Positions 27,717 to 35,052 of a stretch of DNA of 43,039 nt are shown here, one piece after another. Position 1 is the first letter of the stretch. Each line of letters starts with the position of its first letter. A model generated the notes under the pieces. It was not told where the DNA came from. It searched no databases and saw only the letters and a program-made list of their open reading frames with translations. The translations under genes and the position numbers were made by a program. Source of the DNA: a bacterium (GTDB lineage Bacteria; Patescibacteriota; Dojkabacteria; SC72). The stretch lies in contig JAIOSB010000029.1 in NCBI GenBank assembly GCA_021107795.1, positions 1-43,039 on the forward strand, written 5' to 3'.

Positions 27717-28057
27717 ATTTGTCCTACACCAATATTAGACTTAAAAATATTAAGATCAAAAACATTAGAGACTAAAAGAAGTATTGCTACTGAAAGAAGT
27801 ATAAACACTAAACCTACTATAGCATTAGTAATCATCTCTTTAGCATCATTTAGCTTCTCTGGATTCCCCTGACTTGTAATCATCTTCATGCTAGCTACAG
27901 CTATTAAAAGAATTGCCACAATACCTGCTAATGGCATAGCTATCGAAACAATTGTTCCTACAATATCACCAACTTCACTCTGCCCCTCTAACTCTGTCAC
28001 CTGATTGAGTGTATCAGACAGTGTACTAGCATATACTTTTGTAATTATTCTATTCAT
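27713..28057 (-). CDS. TrbC/VirB2-like pilin 1
   Basis: Likely start ATG 28057 (MNRIITKVYA); KMITSQGNPEKLNDAKEMITNAIVGL. Confidence 0.85.
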   Translation of the reverse strand: MNRIITKVYASTLSDTLNQVTELEGQSEVGDIVGTIVSIAMPLAGIVAILLIAVASMKMITSQGNPEKLNDAKEMITNAIVGLVFILLSVAILLLVSNVFDLNIFKSNIGVGQI

Positions 28058-28088
28058 ACCTCGTATTATACACAATCCTCTAACTTAA

Positions 28089-31000
28089 CTAAACAGTAGC
28101 CTCTTTACAGACTGAACTGTAATCACAATATCTACACATAAAGCCAGGAGTTGCCCTGAAATCTTTCCCCTTTATCTTCTCAATTATTCCCAACACATTC
28201 TCTCTTGCTTTCAACTTCCTCTCACTAGAAACATCTACCTCCACCACTTCACTATGCTCTACAAATACATACTTAGCACCCACTACTTTCAAGCCTAACT
28301 TCTCTTCTGCAAAGAGAGCATACAAAGGCAATTGCAAATCCTTCTTGATATTTGCATCATTCTTAACTTTCCCTGTTTTGTAATCTACAATCTCTACTTC
28401 AAGAACCTCTTTACTATCATCTACAATATCAATCCTATCTATCTTCCCTACAAAAACACCCTCCCCCAAATGTGCAGAGAACCCCTCTTCTAAAAGATAT
28501 GGTCTTTGGTCATCGCTGTATAAATTGTCGTAATATTTACTCAACATTTTCCTCCCAGAAAGTTTTCTCTCTTGCTCATGAGAGTTACTATCATAACCAC
28601 TACTAACCCATCTCTTTTCATAGAGTTCTAACAAAGTCTCCTTTGTAGGTTTCTCCACTATACCTTCCAAACCCTCTTTAGAATCTCTAAAAAAAGTATA
28701 GAAGTCGTACAGTGTGTTGTGGATAGTACTACCAAAAGACAATGAAGCGTGAGGCCTTGAGGGAACCTTAAGTACATAGGAGTACTTGTATTTCTTTGGA
28801 CAACCTTCATATGTATTAAGCTGAGAATAGCTAACCCTTTTTGTTGTGTCTATCTCCTTCATACCTTCCTCCACTATATCATCATCCATCTGGTAATATC
28901 CTAAATCCTTCTTCGCACTCTCAGAAACCAGATTATTAAACTCCTCTTGGAGATCCCTATCCAAAATATCATACAAAAATATACTAGGCTTCTTCTTAGT
29001 CTTAGCATTGCCATAGAAATGGGAAGCAGTAAGATACAATCTCTCTTTAGCACGGGTAACACCAACATAGAACAACCTCCTCTCTTCTTGAATATGCTCT
29101 TCTTTACTACTCACATCCTCGGACAATTCTTCCTTGATCAACTCTTCAGGCATAGGGATCCTATCACTCCTATTCCTTGTCGGGAATCTATCCGATACCA
29201 AGTTACAAAGGAATACAACTGGAAACTCTAAACCCTTAGCACTATGTACAGTAGAGATATTTACTCCATCAAAATCATCGAAATCAGAACTGTCAATCGA
29301 TGGAGACTCCCCTACTTTAATACAATATTCAAGATAGTCAACATATTCATATATATTAGTCCCTGCATTATTCTTCTCAAAGTCTTTAACTAGATCAAAA
29401 AACTTAGAAATATTGGTAATCCTAAACAAGTTTTCTGAATTCTCATCTTCTAACAGAGAGTTCATATACCCACTTTTTGTTACAAAGTCATACAGAATCT
29501 CACCAATAGATTTGTTTCCTTTTACCAATTTAATACCATTATGCATAATCAAGAGCAAATCACTCATACGAGAGATACTCTCAGGTGAAAGGATGTTGTT
29601 TAATATGTTCTTCTCATCTACCTTCAGGTCTTCAATATTCCAATCATCCTCTCCTAGCTTAATTTCCCACAATCTCTCTAATTCTTCAAAGAGCGATATC
29701 CTCTCTTCTCTAGCCAATTTGTTTAATTCTATAAACTCCCTAGGACTGAGACCCCAGATATCCATAGTAAGGAGCTTGTACATAGCTATACCATCTGTAT
29801 AATCAGTAAGAGCTCTGAGGTATGAAATAAGGTTTTGAATTTCATCTCTGCTATACAACCCCCTCTGCCCGCTTAGCTTGTAAGGAATACCGTAGTATCT
29901 TAAGGTTTGAACAAATATCTCAGAATGAGAATTAGCTCTGGTTAAAATCGCAAAATCTGAAAACTTATACTCCTTACCAACATCACCATCAACCAAACTA
30001 GACTGCCCTGACTCATCAAAAGCAACTCCGTCTTCACCCTCTTTCGTATTATCACTATGCCCAGTCAATCTGAGAATCTCTTTAGCAACCCACTCAGCTT
30101 CACCATTATCACTACCTGTTACTACCAAATTCACACTATCTCCATCTATTTCCTCAAACACCCTTGATGCTTTCAATTTCTTATCCACCTTCTCTGTTAC
30201 TTCCAACCTATATGGATCATTATGCTTAATCAACCTATACGCACTATCAAGAATCTCCTGTCTTGATCTGTAATTCTGATTAAGAACTATTTCTTTTGCA
30301 TCTGTAAATATCTCTTTGAATTGTAGAATGTTAGAAATTGCAGCGCCTCTAAATTTGTAAATAGCTTGATCGTCATCCCCTACTACAGTTAAGTTCCTAG
30401 GTAATTTCCTCTTGTTTTTGTAATCAGTACCAAGCACCAAGGTGTTAACCAATACATTCTGTGTGTAATTAGTATCTTGGAATTCGTCCACAAGAATATA
30501 TTTGAATTGGTCTTGATATTTCTTTAATACGCTTGGTCTCTTTCTTAGCAATGTCAATGTAAGTAGTATTAAATCTCCAAAATCTATCTTAGATTCCTCT
30601 ATCTTCAACTTTGTATACATCTCATATGTCTGTGCTAATTCCTTAAGTTCTAAATGTCTCTGTTTTTCTTCTTGATTACCTTGAGGAAGTTTTTTTACAA
30701 ATTCTAGATACTCCTCGGGGGAACTGTCTTCGTCTTGGAGCCTTGAGAAGTGTCTGATGAGGTCATTGATAAAGTCGGTGGGATTTCCTTGAGGTCGAAA
30801 TATCTCTAATGGGAATTTGAATAGGTGTTTACGCATAAAGATATAGCTTTGGGCTTGAGTCATGAGAGAGTAACTTGTATCAAGGCCGATATAGTGACCC
30901 TCTGCTCTTAGTATTCGATCACAAAAAGCATGAAAGGTAGAAACCCATGGTTGTTCATATCCATACTCCATCTCTAAATCAATACGTTCCATCATTTCTT

Positions 31001-31190
31001 GAGAAGCCTTTTCTGTGAATGTAAGAGCTAATATCTCTGAGGGAGTAGCCCATCCAGATTTCATAATGTGGATGATGCGTTGTGTAACTACAGCAGTTTT
31101 TCCAGTACCTGCTCCTGCTATGATTAGGAGAGGACCTTCTTTGTGCTCTACTGCTAACTTTTGTTGTTTGTTGAGTCTAACTTGTGCCAT
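28089..31190 (-). CDS. UvrD/PcrA-family SF1 DNA helicase fused to a C-terminal PD-(D/E)XK nuclease with 4 Cys (AdnAB/AddAB-like)
   Basis: AGAGTGKT, LVDEFQD, VGDDDQAIYKFRGA, STVHSAKGLEF, EERRLFYVGVTRAK; GCPKKY...GKIDRID...VDYKTG...QLPLYA...CRYCDYSSVC. Confidence 0.92.
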   Translation of the reverse strand: MAQVRLNKQQKLAVEHKEGPLLIIAGAGTGKTAVVTQRIIHIMKSGWATPSEILALTFTEKASQEMMERIDLEMEYGYEQPWVSTFHAFCDRILRAEGHYIGLDTSYSLMTQAQSYIFMRKHLFKFPLEIFRPQGNPTDFINDLIRHFSRLQDEDSSPEEYLEFVKKLPQGNQEEKQRHLELKELAQTYEMYTKLKIEESKIDFGDLILLTLTLLRKRPSVLKKYQDQFKYILVDEFQDTNYTQNVLVNTLVLGTDYKNKRKLPRNLTVVGDDDQAIYKFRGAAISNILQFKEIFTDAKEIVLNQNYRSRQEILDSAYRLIKHNDPYRLEVTEKVDKKLKASRVFEEIDGDSVNLVVTGSDNGEAEWVAKEILRLTGHSDNTKEGEDGVAFDESGQSSLVDGDVGKEYKFSDFAILTRANSHSEIFVQTLRYYGIPYKLSGQRGLYSRDEIQNLISYLRALTDYTDGIAMYKLLTMDIWGLSPREFIELNKLAREERISLFEELERLWEIKLGEDDWNIEDLKVDEKNILNNILSPESISRMSDLLLIMHNGIKLVKGNKSIGEILYDFVTKSGYMNSLLEDENSENLFRITNISKFFDLVKDFEKNNAGTNIYEYVDYLEYCIKVGESPSIDSSDFDDFDGVNISTVHSAKGLEFPVVFLCNLVSDRFPTRNRSDRIPMPEELIKEELSEDVSSKEEHIQEERRLFYVGVTRAKERLYLTASHFYGNAKTKKKPSIFLYDILDRDLQEEFNNLVSESAKKDLGYYQMDDDIVEEGMKEIDTTKRVSYSQLNTYEGCPKKYKYSYVLKVPSRPHASLSFGSTIHNTLYDFYTFFRDSKEGLEGIVEKPTKETLLELYEKRWVSSGYDSNSHEQERKLSGRKMLSKYYDNLYSDDQRPYLLEEGFSAHLGEGVFVGKIDRIDIVDDSKEVLEVEIVDYKTGKVKNDANIKKDLQLPLYALFAEEKLGLKVVGAKYVFVEHSEVVEVDVSSERKLKARENVLGIIEKIKGKDFRATPGFMCRYCDYSSVCKEATV

Positions 31191-31192
31191 TT

Positions 31193-31303
31193 CTAGTTAA
31201 GGAAAAGGTATGTAGCAAAGGTGCAAGCAAGAAGTGTAAGACCGATTGCACTCATTACCAATATCCTTACCAATTTACCAGCTCGAGGTTTTTCTTTTTC
31301 CAT
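31193..31303 (-). CDS. Unannotated 36-aa single-pass membrane microprotein
   Basis: MEKEKPRAGKLVRILVMSAIGLTLLACTFATYLFLN*; fills the nfo-helicase gap, with its stop 2 nt before the helicase ATG. Confidence 0.6.
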   Translation of the reverse strand: MEKEKPRAGKLVRILVMSAIGLTLLACTFATYLFLN

Positions 31304-31328
31304 ATTTATATTTATATATATTAGATAT

Positions 31329-32198
31329 TCACTTAGCTAATTTCTTCATTGTATTAATCTCCTTTTCCATTGTACCACTAGATTTAAGAGCAGGAGTTTC
31401 TAATATGAATGGGGTTTCTTTGAATTCCTTCCTGTGTAGCAATTCTTTCAAAGTTTCACTTCCTATTTCTCCTTCTCCTAAATTCGCATGTCTATCTTTG
31501 TTAGATGAGAGTTTAGTTAAGGAATCGTTCAGATGTATGGCTCTAATGTTTGATATTTCTAATTCTTGTTCCATATCTTTTACAACATTATCCATATCGT
31601 TTACCCAATCATATCCTGCTACGTATGTGTGTTGTGTGTCTACTACAAACCCTACTCTCTTTTTGTCTTCTACTCCTTCTCTCATTAGTCGTAATTCTGC
31701 GAAGCTTCTTCCCAAATTATTCCCCATTCCAGCTGTAGTTTCTATGAGGAGTTTCTGTTTCCCAGGTACTTTATTCAAAACCCAGTTCATACCGTATGAT
31801 ATTCTCTCTATACTATCCTCGTATGAGAGTTCTTTCTGTGATCCGGGATGGAAGCATACTCCCAATATTTCACATTCAATCTTCTCTTTTTCTATTAATT
31901 CCCCTACTCTCTCTGCAAAGTCTAAGTATATGACTAATCCCATCTTACTAAGGTGAAAGAGTTTTTTGTCTTTTCTAGCTAAATTGGTTAGATATATTCC
32001 ATGGAGTAGAATCTTTTTTAATTGAGATTGTTTGAGTTGTTCTACAAACTTTTCTATGTCCTCCTGTGGTACTAGTTTAGTAGCCCATCGCATAGGGGGA
32101 GTGATCATCATTTGTATTGTATTAATGTTGTACTTGTCAGCAGTTTTAATTGCATTTTCTATTCCTCTAGCTGTTGATACGTGTGCTCCTAAGTACAT
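31329..32198 (-). CDS. nfo: Endonuclease IV (AP endonuclease family 2)
   Basis: GAHVS, HGIYLTNLA, FHPGS, LIETTAG, DTQHTY, HLNDS, DRHANLGEG, ILETP. Confidence 0.95.
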   Translation of the reverse strand: MYLGAHVSTARGIENAIKTADKYNINTIQMMITPPMRWATKLVPQEDIEKFVEQLKQSQLKKILLHGIYLTNLARKDKKLFHLSKMGLVIYLDFAERVGELIEKEKIECEILGVCFHPGSQKELSYEDSIERISYGMNWVLNKVPGKQKLLIETTAGMGNNLGRSFAELRLMREGVEDKKRVGFVVDTQHTYVAGYDWVNDMDNVVKDMEQELEISNIRAIHLNDSLTKLSSNKDRHANLGEGEIGSETLKELLHRKEFKETPFILETPALKSSGTMEKEINTMKKLAK

Positions 32199-32233
32199 AC
32201 CTTATTTTAGCTTTGATGCAAAGAAAATACAAA

Positions 32234-32262
32234 TTGGATAATTAACAAACGTTTGATATAAT
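32234..32262 (+). promoter_or_regulatory. Sigma70-type promoter of tRNA-Ser
   Basis: TTGGAT-17 nt-TATAAT with an extended TG, 10 nt upstream of the tRNA. Confidence 0.65.
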
Positions 32263-32272
32263 ACAGCGGTAT

Positions 32273-32364
32273 GGAGAGGTGCCTGAGTGGTCGAAAGGAA
32301 CTCACTGCTAACGAGTCATAGGTGTTACAGCCTATCGCGGGTTCGAATCCCGCCCTCTCCGCCA
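32273..32364 (+). tRNA. tRNA-Ser, anticodon GCU
   Basis: GGAGAGG...ACTCA CT-GCT-AA CGAGT, long variable arm, GCGGG TTCGAAT CCCGC, CCTCTCC G CCA. Confidence 0.95.
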
Positions 32365-32418
32365 GTTTAGAATTTTGATAGACCTTTTGTAAGCAATCAT
32401 TTTCCAATTAGTAATATC

Positions 32419-33624
32419 ATGAAGAAAACCTTTAAAATAAATAATGAAATCGATTTGGGAGAAGCAATCTGGGCTTCAAAAGATGGTGATAAGATTGTTT
32501 TTCAAAAAGGAGAATATGGGAATATCCCTTACAAGAAAGGTATTTCCTATATTTTCCCAAAAGATAAAAGTGTGAGTGTGGCCAATATCCTAGGAATTGG
32601 ATTTTTTGGTGAACTTTCTGGAGGTAGCATTAAAAATAAAGATTTTTCGGTAGAAAATCCAAACATCAGACCTCAAAATATAAAGTCTATTTATATTTTT
32701 CGAAAGAAGCTACCTTTCAATATTCGGTTTGGTTGTCCTTTAGGTTTTGTTCACGCAAACGGAGTCGTACTAAATTTCTCTGGAAATGACAAAGAAAGTT
32801 TTTGTATGGGGGGAGAACAAAGTCTTCCAAAAGGGATTGTAGAAATCATTGTCCCGATTCTTGAAGAAATAGATATTGAAAGGTCTGATCCTTTTTATTC
32901 TTCAAAAATCTTTGGAATGGATATTTCAAAAAAAGAAAAAGAAATTAAGTGTAAAAAACATAAAAATGCAAAACAAAAGAGGGTTGAAACTGAACAATTA
33001 GAGTGTAATAGAGAGATTGGTTTGAATTTAAATGATATGGAATATAAAGCTCTTTGGGCATTAAATCACTTTATTCGACAATATGGGAAAGTAGCAGAAG
33101 ATAAAAGAATAAAAGGATTTAGTGTTGCTGAATTTAAAGACAATTTGGAATTTGGAGGAGGAAAGGAGGAGGAAGATATCCCTTGTGTGTCACTGAATTA
33201 TATAGAACAATATAGTAGTGGGAAGATATCACAAGAATCTTTGAATGACTTACAGGATTTGTTTCTGTCTTCCCCAGACTATTCTGTGATGGATTATGTG
33301 GAATTTCATCTTAATCATTTGAATTATAGTTTGGCAACAATTGGCATGTATCAATGGTTTGAGGGTTTATGGAAGAACTCCGATTCTCCAGGCGATAAAT
33401 GGGAATTTATAGGATCAAAAACAAGTGATGTAAAAATTAAACAATATTTATCTGAAATGATAAATGCAAGAAATAATACCGTTCATCATAAGAAACTTGA
33501 GACGAGACAAACTGAAAAGAATAAATTAAAAACAGACTGGGGAGCTGAAGAAATGACAGAATATAAAATGTTTGCAAACAAAAGACCTTGGCTTTGGTAT
33601 AGTACATTAAGAGATTTCGAGTAA
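32419..33624 (+). CDS. Hypothetical protein with a C-terminal HEPN-like RxxxxH motif
   Basis: Helical C-terminal region with MINARNNTVHH; AT-rich; directly downstream of the tRNA. Confidence 0.6.
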   Translation: MKKTFKINNEIDLGEAIWASKDGDKIVFQKGEYGNIPYKKGISYIFPKDKSVSVANILGIGFFGELSGGSIKNKDFSVENPNIRPQNIKSIYIFRKKLPFNIRFGCPLGFVHANGVVLNFSGNDKESFCMGGEQSLPKGIVEIIVPILEEIDIERSDPFYSSKIFGMDISKKEKEIKCKKHKNAKQKRVETEQLECNREIGLNLNDMEYKALWALNHFIRQYGKVAEDKRIKGFSVAEFKDNLEFGGGKEEEDIPCVSLNYIEQYSSGKISQESLNDLQDLFLSSPDYSVMDYVEFHLNHLNYSLATIGMYQWFEGLWKNSDSPGDKWEFIGSKTSDVKIKQYLSEMINARNNTVHHKKLETRQTEKNKLKTDWGAEEMTEYKMFANKRPWLWYSTLRDFE

Positions 33625-33730
33625 TAATTACTTATTAATTGATGAAGTAAAGATTTATGATTATGTATTATCTAACACAGAGTTGGATTTTCTTTATAAA
33701 TCAGGATAATAAGAGAGTTTTTACTTTAAA

Positions 33731-33904
33731 CTAACTATTAATTGCTTTAAGTATAGCGCTAAAAACAAAACACAATGCTCCATAAGAAGATAATACTGTA
33801 AGGAGAACTAAATACTTCTTGTTTGTTTTAAGATACGCAGCTAAAGTAAATAGGGATAGAAAAACCAAGATATGAATTGCCCAGAAGTGAAATGTAAAAA
33901 TCAT
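33731..33904 (-). CDS. Small two-TM hydrophobic ORF (57 aa), possibly 5'-frameshifted
   Basis: MIFTFHFWAIHILVFLSLFTLAAYLKTNKKYLVLLTVLSSYGALCFVFSAILKAINS*. Confidence 0.4.
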   Translation of the reverse strand: MIFTFHFWAIHILVFLSLFTLAAYLKTNKKYLVLLTVLSSYGALCFVFSAILKAINS

Positions 33905-34060
33905 AGAAGTTTTTATTAAATAAATAAAATATTTTTTGTTTTAGCCATTGAACATAATTACATTTAACTGGTTATTATACTCAATACATGTCTAAACATC
34001 TGAATTGTATCATAAAAGTTCAACGTGATCAGGCTTTTCTCGGAGTAAAGAGGAGCTAAC

Positions 34061-34180
34061 TTATAAATTCTTATTTATAGTTTTAAGCAACTCAACAAAT
34101 GCAGACTGCGAGAAATGCGTCCTATCTTTAAATTTTAAAAACTTTGCCTTTGGTAAATGCTTCTTAAGAATCAATGTCAT
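34061..34180 (-). pseudogene. Possible C-terminal remnant of an RBBP9/YdeN-type alpha/beta hydrolase
   Basis: MTLILKKHLPKAKFLKFKDRTHFSQSAFVELLKTINKNL* resembles the catalytic-His terminus (L P.A....F.D.GHF....F.EL) of that family, by recall. Confidence 0.4.
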
Positions 34181-34184
34181 GTAA

Positions 34185-35006
34185 CTACTCTTTTTTCTTC
34201 CCTAATTGCCACTTTGTAATAAACCCAATTGCCAATGCCACACAACCACCTACCACAGTTACTATTAGATACAACGGCCTATTCAACACATTATGGACAT
34301 TACCGCTTAATACACTATCCATTGTTTCATTAGTTAATAGAATCGAATACCAAAAATTATCAGCAGCGTGAAGAATAATACCACCTACTAATAAACTACC
34401 CTTTGTCTTATTATAAACCCATGTAATTAATATCGACAAAGAAATTTCTCCAATCAAGAATATTGGTAACCATTCCAAACCTATTTGATTATGTAAGGAT
34501 TCTGCCTGGAAGAATATTGGTAAATGCCACAACCCCCAAACTGTTCCAATAATTATACTTACTATAAAAGGATTTATTCTTTTTTGTAAATACGGTTGAG
34601 CAAACCCTCTCCAACCCAATTCTTCTGCTAAAGGCCCTCCAAGGATAGTCATCACGAAGTATAGAGGTAGCCAATACCATTTTTCGTGGAGAAAAGTAAA
34701 ACTGATTGTTCCACCATCCAAAATTGCAAAAATCCCAATTGCTGTAAGTGATATTAGGGCTGATACAAACAGAGCTACCAACCACCATCTCCAACCAACC
34801 TTCCATCGTAACGCTTGTTGTGTTACTTTTCTGAGACCATCCTTCCCCTGAGTTAGTGCAATTACAATAATACCTGCTATTGACGGACCAAATATGATTA
34901 GTCCAGCTTCTCCCATAATCCAAGGAAACCAGCTAATAATAAAAGTTACTATTAAGAAAACAACAAATACGTGTTTTTTAAGAAACGCTTTAGATTTACT
35001 CTGCAT
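34185..35006 (-). CDS. CPBP family (CAAX/Abi-like) intramembrane metalloprotease
   Basis: AEELGWRG, WGLWHLP, LHAADN motifs; multiple TMs. Confidence 0.92.
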   Translation of the reverse strand: MQSKSKAFLKKHVFVVFLIVTFIISWFPWIMGEAGLIIFGPSIAGIIVIALTQGKDGLRKVTQQALRWKVGWRWWLVALFVSALISLTAIGIFAILDGGTISFTFLHEKWYWLPLYFVMTILGGPLAEELGWRGFAQPYLQKRINPFIVSIIIGTVWGLWHLPIFFQAESLHNQIGLEWLPIFLIGEISLSILITWVYNKTKGSLLVGGIILHAADNFWYSILLTNETMDSVLSGNVHNVLNRPLYLIVTVVGGCVALAIGFITKWQLGKKKE

Positions 35007-35052
35007 TATAATAAACTTGTTGACAAGTAAAATGAGGTCTCTCCACCAACAA

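Noticed and set aside
13592-32198. Alternative genetic code (UGA=Gly, code 25)
   Set aside because: TGA terminates genes at natural ends (13592, 14302, 27713, nfo 31329), and long ORFs are intact under code 11.
32299-32316. tRNA-Ser pseudogene, because of an A31-C39 mismatch in the anticodon stem
   Set aside because: All other stems, the encoded CCA and a good promoter are intact; a single mismatch at this position is tolerated.
31246-32407. ORFs 31246-31956(+) and 32207-32407(-)
   Set aside because: They are antisense to nfo and to tRNA-Ser respectively.
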